From assembly GCA_036785375.1 (NCBI GenBank), contig JAWMAR010000421.1, forward strand, positions 620,001 through 684,000: a stretch of DNA of 64,000 nucleotides, given 5' to 3'. A program made the position numbers and the translations under genes. Shown piece by piece: positions 11,820 through 24,300 of the stretch. The number at the start of each line of letters is the position of its first letter. The stretch's first letter is position 1. The notes below the pieces were generated by a model. That model was not told the origin of the DNA, did no database searches, and saw only the letters and a program-made list of their open reading frames with translations. The stretch comes from Leucoraja ocellata. Lineage: Eukaryota.

Positions 11820-14800
11820 TGTATCAAATGATTACTTGCAGTGACTGGTGTACAAGGACACCCAGGACTTGTTGCACCTCCCGTTTTCCTAATCTGACAC
11901 TATTAAGATAATCATAACTTTTTTTTTGTTCTTGCCACCAAAGTGGATAATCTCACATTTATCCACATTATACTGCATCTGGTTTGCATCTGCCCACTCA
12001 CCCAACCTATCCAAGTCACCCTGCAGAGTCATAGCACCCTCCTCGCAACTCACACTGCCACCCAGCTTTGTGTCATCCCAAAACGTGGAGATGTGACATT
12101 TAATTCCCTCGTCTAAATCGTTAATATATATATATTTTTTTTATAAATCATGTTTCTCTGGGTATCTAAATTTTTAGTTGTTTGTTATGACATCGGATGG
12201 AAGCTGCATACTAAATCTCGTTGCACCTATGTGCAATGACAATAAAATATATTATTATTATTGTAAATAATTGGTGTCCAAGCACTGAGCCTTGCGGCAC
12301 CTCATTAGTCATTACCTGCCATAAAGGACCTGTTAATTCCTACTCTTTGCTTCCTGTCTACCAACCAGTTCGCTATCCATGTCAATACCCTACCCTCAAT
12401 ACCATGTACTCTAATTTTGCACACTAATCTCTTATGTGGGACCTTACCAAAGGCTTTTTGAAAGTCCAGATACACCACATCCACTGGCTCTCCTTTATCC
12501 ATTCTACTTGTTACATCCTCAAAAAATTCCAAAAGGTTAGGCAAGCATGATTTCCCCTTCATAAATCCATGTTGACTTTGACCGATCCTGTCACTGCCTT
12601 CCAAATGTACTGCTATTACATCTTTAATAATCGACTCAAGCATCTTCCCCACTACAGATGTCAGGCTAGCTGGCCTATAATTCCTTTTTCTCTCTCCCTC
12701 CTTTCTTAAAAAGTCCACAGGAACTGATCCAGAGACTATAGAACATTGGAGAATGATCACCAATGCAGCCACGATTTATAGGTCCACCTCCTTGAGTACT
12801 CTGGGATGCAGACCATCAGGCCTTACAGATTTATCTGCTTTCAATCCCAACAGTTTACCTAACACAATTTCCTGATTAATGTGGATTCCCTTCAGTTCCT
12901 CCCTCCCACTAGAACCTCGGTCCCCTAATATTTCTGGCAAATTGTGAAGACATAACCAGAGTACTCATTTAACTGTTTTGCCATTTCCTGGTTTCCCATT
13001 ATTAATTCACCTGTTGCTGACTGGAAGGGACATACTGTACATTTGTCTTAACTAATCGGCCAATTCGGAAACTCCAAGCCGCGAGTGTGTTCCGATCTGT
13101 TCCGACGCTGGAGATTTGATCAACCCGGCGAGAGGGCCTGTACATCGGGCCGTCCGACACGGCGACTGCAGAGGATTAAAAGGCCCCGACCACGGGTGAA
13201 CAAAGAGGAAGATGACTGAACTTCCATCACAGTGGGAAACGTTGATTCCGTTGTGGTGGATGTTTATGTTAAACTCTATCGTGTATCGTGTTCTTTTTAT
13301 TTGTATGGCTGTATGGTAACACCAATTTCACTGTACCAATTGGAGCATGTGACAATAAATATGAAGGTGAACATAATTTTTTCCTCTTCACATATCTAAA
13401 GAAGATTTTAGAGTCAGTGTTTATATTCCCTGAAACTTTCTTTCATGCTCTAATTTCCCCCTCTTAATTAACCCCTTTGTCCTCTGTTGAATTCAAAATT
13501 TCTCCCAGTCTTCCAGTTTGCTGCTTCCTCTGGCTAATTTATATGCCTCTTCCTTGGATTTAACACTTTCCTAATTTCCTTCGTTCGCCACAGTTGAGCC
13601 GCCTTCTTCATTTTATTTTTACGCCTGACAGGGATGACTAGTTACATCCTCAAAAAATTCCAGAAGATTATTCAAGCATGATTTTCCTTTCGTAAATCCA
13701 TGCTGACTCAGACCAATCCTGCTACTGCTATCCAAATATGCTGCTATTTCATCTTTTATAATTGACTCCAGCATCACCCCACCACCAATGTGTCAGGTTA
13801 ACTGGTCTATAATTCCCTGTTTTCTCTCTCCCGCCTTTCTCAACAAGTGGGATAACATTAGCAACCCCCCAATCCACAGGAACTGATCCTGAATATATAG
13901 AGAATATTGGAAAATGATCACCAATGCATCCATGATTTCTAGAACCACTTCCTTAAGTACCCTGGAATGCAGACCATCAGGCCCTGGGGATTTATCAGCC
14001 TTCAGTCCCATCAGTCTACCCAACACCATTTCTTGCCTAGTGTGAATTTCCTTCAGTTCCTCCGTCACCCTAGATCCTCTGGCTGCTAGTACATCAGGGA
14101 GATCGTTTGTACCTTCCTTAGTGAAGACAGAACCAAAGTACCTGTTTAACTCTTCTGCCATTTCCTTGTTCCCCAATAAGTCCACCATATTATGGTCACT
14201 GTTGCCCAAGGGGCTTTGCACAACAAGATTGCTAACTAATCCTTCCTCATTCCACAATACCCAGTCTAGGATGGCCAGTTCTACACATTTGTTTACAAAA
14301 CCATCCCCTATACATTCCAGGATATCCTCGTCAGCATTGTAACCAATTTGTTTAGCCCAATCTATATGTAGATTAAAATCACCCATGATAACTGCTGTGC
14401 CTTTGCTACACGCATGCCTGGTTTCCTGTTTGATGTTATTCCTAACCTCACTACTGCTATTTGGTGGTCTGTACACATCTCCAACAAGCGTTTCCTGCCT
14501 TTGGCTATTTCGCGGTTCTACCCATACAGATTGTACAGCATCCAAGCGAATGTCTCTCCTTGCTATTGCATTAATCTCCTCTTTAACCAGCAATGCCACC
14601 CCACCTCCTCTTCCTTTCTGTCTATCCTTCCTGAATCTTGAATACCCCCAGCATATTGAGCTCCCAGCCTTGGTCACCCTGGAGCCTCCGTAATCCCAAC
14701 TATATCATATCCGTTAACAACTAACTGCGCATTTAATTCATCCACCTTATTACGAATGCTCCTCGCATTAAGGTACAAAGCTTTCAGATTTGTTTTTCTT

Positions 14801-14900
14801 TTCTCCCTTCTACCTTTTGCTTCTCCCCTCAACCTACAGCCCTCTGTCTCCCATCATTGGTTCCCATCCTCCTGCCCTATTAGTTTAAACATGATTATTC
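11820..14900 (-). mobile_element. Nested or rearranged CR1 LINE ORF2 fragments (RT and APE endonuclease) with younger repeats inserted
   Basis: ORF 12305-12772 (NYRPASLTSVVGKMLESII..QHGFMKGKSCL..VDVVYLDFQKAF) and ORF 13793-14677 (GGGVALLV, VYRPP, IMGDFNL, SDHN endonuclease motifs). An unrelated GC-rich insert ending gtgacaataaa lies at ~13035-13360. Confidence 0.9.
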
Positions 14901-15279
14901 CTACACTCTCTTTCCCATTAACTGCACACACACACTTCCACGTTGTTGCCCCCCCCCCCTCTCAATATTTAGTTTAAACCCACCCGTGTAGCACTAGCAA
15001 ACCTACCTGTCAGAATGTTGGTCCTCTTCCAATTAAGGTGCAACCTGTCCCTTTTGTACAGGTTACCTCTTCCCTAGAAGAGATCCCAGTGGTCTAGAAG
15101 CACAAATTTAGGTTCCTATTCATAACTAAAATCCCTTATTCTTACAGCCATTCTCATGCATCTCCTCAACATCCACGTAAGACCAATTGTACCAGAAATA
15201 GTATTCCAGGTATAACTTATCCAGAGCTTTATAAAGTTTCAGAACAATTTTCTAGAGGTAAGTTCCTCCAGCATTTTGT

Positions 15280-16470
15280 TTTTCTTGTGAACCATCCTCT
15301 GGACCATCTGCAATGGGGCCTAAGTCAGGTATGGGGCCTAAATCTGCTCATAATATTCCAAATAAGGCCTGACTTGCACCTTATAAAGCCTCATCATTAC
15401 ATCCTTGCTTTTATATTCTGGTCCTCTAGAAATGAATGCTGACATTGCATTTGCCTTTTCTCACCAACCCAACCAGCGTAATAACCTTCTGGAAATCCTA
15501 CGCCAGCACTCTCAATCCCTTTGCACCTCCAATTTCAGAACCCTTTCCCCATTTGGAAAATAGTCTGTGTCTTTATTCCTTTGACCAAAGTGCATGACCG
15601 TACACTTTGCTACACTCTATTCCATTTGACACTACATTGAACACTCTCCCAACCTATTTAATTCCTTCTGCAGGTCCCCTGCTTCCTGGCCATCCATCTA
15701 TTTTTGCATCATCTGCAAACTTGGCCGCAAAGCCTTCAGTTCCATCATCCAGATCATTGATATGAAACGTAGCCGACCAACTCCTGAGGAACACTACTAG
15801 TCACCGGCAGCCAACACGAAAAGGCCCCTTTATTCACACTCATTGCCTTCCGCTAGTCAGCCAATCTTCTGTCCATGCAAGTACCTTGCTTTGAATACCA
15901 TGAGCTCCTATCTTATTTAGCAGCCTCACATGCGGCACCTTATCAGTGGCCCTCGGAAAATCCAACATCGTCCACTGACTCTCTTTTGTCTATCCTGCTT
16001 GTTACTTCGTCAGAGAATTCTAATAGATTTGTCAGGCAAAATCTCCCCTTTACAAAACCATTCTGCATTCACCATCATATATCATGTACTTTGAAGTACC
16101 TGGAAACCTGATCCTTATAATGGACTCTAAAATTTTATTAACCACCGAAGTCAGACTTCTGGCAAAAATTTCCTTTTTTTTGGCCACGCTCCTTCTTATA
16201 CAGTGGGGGTTAGGTTACATTCATGATTTTCAAGTCCTCTGGAACCATTCCTAACAGGTGATTCATGCTGAAGTGTAAAATCCCATATGCTTTGTTAAGC
16301 ATTCACTCAACGTGTCCTGCCATCTTCAAACATGAATCTCAAGTCACACTATTGCTGCACATCCTTCAGAACAGTGCCATTAAGTTTTTATTGCATTTTT
16401 CCATTCCTTCTCCAAAAATGTATCACCTCACAATTCAGTACTAAATTCTATTTCCACCCCTCTGCCCATT
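15280..16470 (-). mobile_element. Degenerate CR1 LINE fragments
   Basis: Reverse strand shows FADD-like (tttgcagatgatgc) and other ORF2 remnants with many indels. Confidence 0.65.
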
Positions 16471-17329
16471 CTGCTCGCCTTTGTCATATTGCAGACAATT
16501 AAATTATATTCCAATATTCATTTCACTCACAGTGAACAAAGCATTCCCTTTGACCAGCGAACTCAACTTCTTCCACTTGCACACACCCCTCCCAACAACT
16601 ACCGAAGCATACCCAACACATTGAAGATAACCCCACCCATCTCTCAAGACCTCTTAGCTCTTTGACATTTGCAGCCTGGTAATTGGGTTGAACAATGAAG
16701 CACTAGGCGTTAACCACACAAGGAAAATATAAACAACATTCAATTGCCAAAGAAGATGCAGCAATCTCTGACCACCAGCCACATGATGAACTCCTCCTTC
16801 AAGAGATCCATTTTTGTGCCATCCCAACCCTTGGAAGAATTACTAACCTAATTGTAGAACAAGGCGACCAGGTGATTCTAGCATTAACATTGGCACACTG
16901 TCTGATAGATACACACAAAGTGCTGGAGTAACTCAGCAGATCAGGCAGCATATTTAGAGAAAAAGGAAGGGTCATGTTTCAGGTGCGAACCCTTCTTCAG
17001 ACTTTTTTTCCAGAGATGCTGCCCGACCCACTGAGTCTATCCTCAGTATAAATCTGCATTTGTAGTTCCTTCCTACACAACTGTCTATTGTGAAAATAAG
17101 ACAACCACTTGCCACAACACGTTATCTTCCATCCTTGAGCCATTTTTTCAGAGCTGATCCTCAATTGTGTTCAATTTAAATTATTCGAGAAACTCGTTCG
17201 TCGAGCAGCATCTGTGGGAGGAAAATAATTGTTGACGTTTTACTTGTCCAGACTCAACGCGAGGATTTAAGATTAATAAGCCAAAAAATAAATTGTAAAG
17301 TAAGAACAAATAATACTTGTCAGGTCGGA

Positions 17330-17820
17330 CAGCTTCTGTGGAGAAAGGCGCGGGGGGGAGGGCCCGTTGGACGTGCGCGGGGAGGGTACTTGCGCCCCCC
17401 TCTGGCTCAGCCCCGCACTACACTTGGCGTCACAGGCCGAGTTGTTGGAGGCGGGGAGAGGGTCAAAGTCGCCCTCAAACCGCGATTGGCTGTGGTTACC
17501 ATCAATCATGTGCTCCTGGCATCTGATAGGCTGGAAACCTATTACCGTCACCGGGGGGCGTTGCTGATTCTAATGCCCATCGTGATAGGCTGATTGCGTT
17601 GGCAGCTGTGTCCGAGCGCCGGGCCCTGGGGTGAGCTGGGCGCCGGGGTCGCGCCTCCCGCCTTGGCTTGCTTACGCTTCACGTCGCACGGACGAGATAT
17701 GATGCCGTCCCGGGGTTGGTAGTCCGGGAGAGTGGTCCCTGCAGAGACCTTTGAGGGAAGCTCTGGGCTGGGTCCTGGAGGGTGTCCGGGGCTTGGGGGT
17801 CTTCAAGGCCGAGGGTCTGG
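17330..17820 (+). promoter_or_regulatory. CpG-island promoter and probable non-coding exon 1 of SLC30A4
   Basis: GC/CpG-rich, with GC boxes, repeated ATTGG/ATAGG-type (CCAAT-like) motifs at 17485-17600 and a donor-like ggg|gtgagc at ~17630. An acceptor ttgcag at 18245 precedes the ATG exon. Confidence 0.65.
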
Positions 17821-18378
17821 CAGTGAATGTGACCATTGACGAACCCAGGCGCTGCTTTAAAGCAGAGCAACATCATGTATCTGCGCTGACATTACTGATT
17901 ACTGTCGGCTTGTTGAGTTCACACTGGGAAGTCCTGTGGCTTCCTTGGTTTGCATAGGGAAATGTCAAACATTCCTACTTGCTTTGCTTTGCTTCGGGTC
18001 TGCTTTTGATAACGGGCTCTGTTGGTGTGTTGTGATATTTCAGCGATAACATCAGGGAACGGGTGACTGATTTCTCCGAGACTGGCCACTGTGATTGGAG
18101 AGAGCTGAGCCATGAAATGAGAATGCGTTGAGAGATGTCAGCACTTTGAACATGTTGTCCCTGTACACAGTGCACTGGATCGGAAGGCTAACACTTGTGT
18201 TGCAGTGATCGGTGAATGCAGTTAATGTGTTTCTGTTTGTTGCAGGGTGTTCTGACGATGCTGGGTTAATCATTGCTGGTCTCCTGGGGCAGAAAAGAAG
18301 CAGCATTAGAACTGTAAAGGAGGAAGGAATATCCAGCTCTGACCAACACTTGGTGTCCATTGCTGACCTTGAGTGATC

Positions 18379-21300
18379 ATGGCTAAATCCTTATGGAGTA
18401 AATTGAAGTCATTCACCCACCAAGATGACGGAGCCTGCACTGACTTAACAAGTGACACTGTTGCACTAGACTTTGCTGATGATGCAGAGGACGATGGAGA
18501 TATGTCGACATTCAACAGTACCTGTACACTGCAAGTGGTCACTTTTGATCAGACTGAGGAGATTGCAAATGTGCCGATTGTGATTTGTAATGGGAGCACG
18601 GAAGCCAATGGCGAGAGCACCAACACTAATGAGGAGTTGGAGGCTTTTCAGAAACCAGGCTTGCAGGATGAATTTCAAGAAGCTGGGCAGTGTAATGAGG
18701 AATGCAAACATTGTACAAAGAACTCAGAATTAGTCAAGCAGAGGACAGTAAAAAGAAAATTGTGGATTGCTGTTATACTCTACAGTTTGTTTACCGTTGG
18801 AGAACTTGTGGGTAAGTTTGATTTTGGATATTTGGATGACAATTTGAACTTTTGTTGAATAGTTTTACAGTTTTATGCCTCTTTGTAATTTACGAGTGGG
18901 GTAATTGATTGGATAGAAGATTGCATCCTACCATTTCTGGGTTTAATGTGCTGCATAATAGGTGCAAAACTCAGCCTTTGCTGGAAATCAGCCTGCTTTG
19001 GTGTAAATCATTTAACAAGGAAGCATCCGTGGATACTATGGGGAAGGCGAGTGGGACTAAGGGGAAGTTGTGTTTTTGGTTTTAAATTAGGCAGTTATCA
19101 GAATTTTGGACAAAACCTCTAATGGAAAAGGGAGCTTTGCTATCTGAACTTGAGGGGGGAGGGGGAGGGAGGGAGGGGGACTGGGAGGGGGACTGGGAAG
19201 GGTGTGTAAAGATAAAGCTGATGGTGGAAAGGTTGAATGGAACTTTTCACCAGGGAGAAGTATGGGGTGACTGGAGCGTTGAGGGAAGGGCACACTAATC
19301 TTCTGGAGCACCTGTAATGGCAGAATCTGGTAAACCTTATCTGTACCCTTTCCAAAGCCTCCACATCTTTCCTGTAATGGGGCGACCAGAACTGTATACA
19401 ATACTCGAAATGCGACCTAACCGGTCTTATGGAACTGCATCATGATTCCCTGACTCTTGTACTCAATGCCCTGGCAATAAAGCCAAGCATACCAGACACA
19501 TTCTTTACCACCCTATGTACTTGTGCTGCAATCTTCAGTGAGTTATGAACTCTGACGCCAAGATAGATAGATATAGATATAGATATGCCATTTATTGTCA
19601 CTATACATGTACAGTGAAATTGAAAGCTGCTCGTACTCAGTGCATACATATAATTTAGTACAAAAAACAAGAAACAGAAAAACAAAAACAGAAGGGGGGG
19701 GGGGGGGGGGGGGATAGGTGCACAATTCTGCGGTGCTATATACATATATACATATATACAGATGGAAGTCCGGGTGTTGGGCTGTGAAGTCAGTGCATGT
19801 GTGAATTTGAATTAAGAGTAGTTATAATTTTCGGAAAGCAACTATCGATCCCTTTACACTTCAATGCTGTTAAGGGTCCTGCCATTAACTGTATACTTTC
19901 CGCTTACATTCAACCTCCCAAAGTGCAACACCTCACATGTGCTCCGATTAAACTCCATATGCCATTTCTCTGCCCGTTTCTGCAGCTGATGTATATCACG
20001 CTGTATCTCCTGACAGCCTTCCTCACTGTCTGCAACTCCTGCAATTTTGGTGTCGTCCGCAAACTTGCTCACCAACCAATCAACATTTACGTCCAAGTAA
20101 AATACAAAGTGCAAGAGGGGGATTCAGTAGATCAGACATCTGGGAGGGGGAGAGGGGGCGGGGGGGGGGGGGGGGGTTGGACAGGCGATTAATTGGGTTG
20201 CGATCCTTTAATAGATTGCGAATTCTGACCTTAACATTTAGAGGACTAAGTCAATGTGGTACATGTTATGCTATGGCAGTCACCAAAAGTATGAAGGGAT
20301 TTGAGACATCAACCTGGATGTTAATGAATGGTGGAGCAAGTTGAAGCACTGTCTCCTGTTCTTATGTTCAGTGATTTTGTCTAAGTGGTTTTTTTTTTCT
20401 CCCCCTCCCTTTCTTTCCCCACTAACCAGGAGGGTGGCTTTCTAACAGCCTGGCGATCATGACTGATGCTGTTCACATGCTAGCCGATGTGCTGGGGATT
20501 GCTGCTTCCTTGATTGCACTATATCTTTCAGCAAGGCCTCCAAGTAACAGGTTCACGTTCGGCTGGCATCGATTCGGTACGTGATAATTTGCCTGATTAT
20601 TGTAAGCTCTCACTTCACCTTTTTGGTGCACAATTGGTTGGATGATTACAGTGTGTTAATTTCCTTAGATGTGGATCAATATCAACTTTTTGCCATCCAG
20701 ACGTGCTGTGGTATAAAGTCTTTGTCTTGCTGCAGTCCTGGCTTTGCTCTCTCAGCACTTCAAGCTGACAGTCCTAAATTGAGATTGATCAGGATAGATG
20801 ATGGGCTAAAGTTATAGGAAAAGTATAATGAAGAGAGGCTTTAATGCAGAGCTTGCCGTTTCAGCTGATGAGTTAAACAAGCTGCCCTGTGGGGGTGGGA
20901 AGGGAGGGAACTGCATGGGGAAGTGGAGGGAGCCTCTCACTAACCAAGTACAGTTAGCTGACTCCCCAGTACAACTTGGGAGCTTATGAAGGGATGCTGA
21001 AGTCCCGACCGGAAACATCACCTATCATGTTCTCCAGGGTTGCTCCCTGAACCGCTGAGTTATTCCAGCACTTTTTGTCGATGGGGAATCTCAATACGTT
21101 TCATGCACCATGGTCTTGCGAGTGTGGGTTTTGGTATATAACGGGAGGGGGGTTCAGGGAGGCTGGTAATGCTGATTTGTCTGTGTGGGAATGTTCACCA
21201 TGAGCTTCTGAATGTCAGTAGCTGTACGGTGAGTCTTTTGACACTTATTGTTCAAGGTTTTGGTGAGGGTGTGGCCTGGCAAGACGGGTTCTCCAGGTGG

Positions 21301-24300
21301 ATGCACCCTGTGCATCATGAGGGAGGTGCTAGATGACATGTTCCAGAAATCGTCATGTCCAGTTGCAGCAGCTTGTGCTGTTTCAGAGCTGGGCTGATGC
21401 TAAGAGTCACTGAGGTGCATCCATGGGGCTGATAACTGTGAATAACATGATTGGGGAGGTGATTACATTGTAGCTTGGGTTTGACAAGGCAGAGTTCATG
21501 GGGGACCATCAATCAGACTGGAAGGAGAGATACAGAATGTTGGAGTAACTCAGCAGGTCAGGCAGCACATCTGGAGAACATGAATAGGTGATGTTTCAGG
21601 TAGGGGCCCTTCAGACTGATTGGGTCAGACTAGAAGAAGCCCGTGAGTAATGAGCGAGTCATCGTTGTTGAGCAGACTTCCCTTTGGCACGCTATTAGGG
21701 GTCTGTGAAGGAATACAGAGAGAGTCAGGATCATGACACTGAATGGCTCGGCTGCATAGGAGAGCGGGAAGAAAGTGTGAGAACAATAATGATAGGGAAT
21801 TCAATGGTTGGGGTGTGTTTCTGTGCTTGCAGATGTGGCTCCTCGTGCCAGTGACAATCATACCGGGGAACATCTGCAGAACATCTGGAGGGGGTGGGCA
21901 AACCCCAGGAATTGTGGTTCATGTTCATCAAAGCTTAATTTTAACTGCAAATTAAACTATCTTTGTTTTAGCCTGTATTCATATGCTTCACATATTATTG
22001 AGAACTATCTTACTATATAGGTAGCTCCATCAAAGAGACGGCACAAGATAATGTGAATGGTCTCCTCCTGTACTGTATTGGTCTTTGCTTATTTATTCAG
22101 TTCAACCGTACACTCACTCCTGGATTTGTTTTAGTGTAATGGAATTTGTGTGTTGGTAAACTGAACTAAAAATCATTACATTGGAAAACCCTTAATTAGT
22201 CAGTCGCTTGAACATTGACTCACTGTTTGAACTTTGTATTATGTCCCTAAATATAAAACAATAATTGCTGTATGCTTCACCTACACACTGCCTTTAGACC
22301 TAAAGGCACAACATTTACAACAAGACAATGGAGAGTGTATTATGCCACGCAACATTGACTGCCTAATCTGGTGAGGAGTGACTTTGTGTGCTCCAAATGT
22401 ATTGCATCTGTGACTGAGGCTGAAAGTTTGGACAAAACTCTAGAGAAGAGCTGGTGGAGAAGGAAAGAGTAAGAGTGTGTGTACAGGGATGGGGGGTCAT
22501 GATTTCTGCAGTATAATCATAACACAGATTAAGACTGCATGAGTCAAGGTGTTGTCTAGGCGGAAAAAAGTGAGAAAGCTGTGTTCTTTTAATGTATTAT
22601 TTTTTACTGCAATCTCACCTTGAAAATGCCACTTCTTCCCTTGCACCTGCTCTGCCTATCTCCTTTATGTATTGTTAGAATTACAATTCTTAATTCATTT
22701 GTGGGATTTGACTATCGCTCATAAGGCCAGCATCTATTGCCTTTACTGCTTTGAAAAAGGTGTTGATGAGCCACATTGTTGATGGTTGTTGGCAAGGGAG
22801 ATTCAGTATTGAGACTGAGTGATGATGAGGTTTATAAGTATATTTCCAAATCAGCCCAATGTGCAAGCTGGGGAACCTGCAGATGGCGGTGATTCTCTGC
22901 TCTTGCTGGTGGAAGAGATTGCAAGTTTGTGGGGCTACTGTCGGGGACCTAGATAAGTAACCGCAGAGCATTCTTTGATATTGCACATTGTAGCCACAGT
23001 GGTGGAAGGAACGAATCTTGAGGGTGGAGTTTGGGATGTCACGGAATCCATGGTGCCTTATCCTCAATGATGTTGAAGGAAATTGTTGGAGCTATCAATA
23101 CTGTCCAATTCTTCTACTAATGTTACAAATACTGCCTTGGACAGACGTATCAATTACAAAAGTACTGGTTGCAGATGTAATCATGCAGGGTGTCCAACTT
23201 GGTCAATGATGGGGGAAAAAAAGTTCCCTGTGAGGATGTCAGCTGTGGTCTTGCTCCAAACAGTGGTTCTTTAAAAGTGCTTATTAAATATTTAGTTTTT
23301 GTATGTACTGGAAGCCAAGTACAGTATGTTCCCTAAGTGTATTTTGGCAGCAGTGAAGATTTTGGTGAAATTGGGAATTCGTTGCATGGGGGAAAGATGT
23401 GGTGCTTAGTATTAAAAATAACAGAAAGAAAATTGAATTAAGAAGAAAACAGCATATTGAGTTGAATAAACTGACAATGTAGCTGGGTACCAAGTCTTGA
23501 GCTGTTGGCAACTACACCTGCAGTAATTGTTAACCGTAACTGCTTAAGGTCTCGAGTTCAGACCTTGAGCAGGGCTTGCTGTCACGCTGGTGACATCTGT
23601 AAGGCCAGAGGTTATATGGACAGCATGTTCCAGGTGGTGATTGCTGCAGCTTGTATCATTTTCAACCTGAGCCTCCAGTCAGGGAGGGTACCAGGTATGT
23701 GGAAAACATCATGTCTCATGCCGGTTCCCAAAGCAGGGCGGCCGACCGAGATCAACGACTACAGACCGGTGGCCCTTGCATCCCATATCATGAAAACAAT
23801 GGAGCGGCTACTCATTCATCTCCTGAGACCATAAGTCCAGCACGCACTCGACCCACTACATTTTGCATACCAGGAGAACATTGGGGTGGATGACGCAGTC
23901 CTCTACATGCTGCACCGGATCTACTCCTTTTTGGACAAACCCGGTGGCTATGTGAGGATTATGTTCTTCGACTTCTCAAGTGCATTCAACACCATCCAAC
24001 CCCTGATTCTGAATGACAAGCTTAAGAAGATGGGAGTGGATTCCACATTTATCTCCTGGATAGACGACTACCTGACGGGTCGACCACAGTTTGTCAAGCT
24101 GGGGGACAGTGTCTCTGGCACAGTGGTGTGCAATGTTGGAGCCCCACAGGGAACGGTTCTGGCCCCGTTCCTCTTCACCCTGTATACAGCAGACTTTAAC
24201 TATAAGTCTGACACATGCCACGTACAGAAATATTCAGATGATACAGCGATTGTGGCATGTGTAAGGAACGGGCAGGAGGAGGAATACAGGAACTTGACCA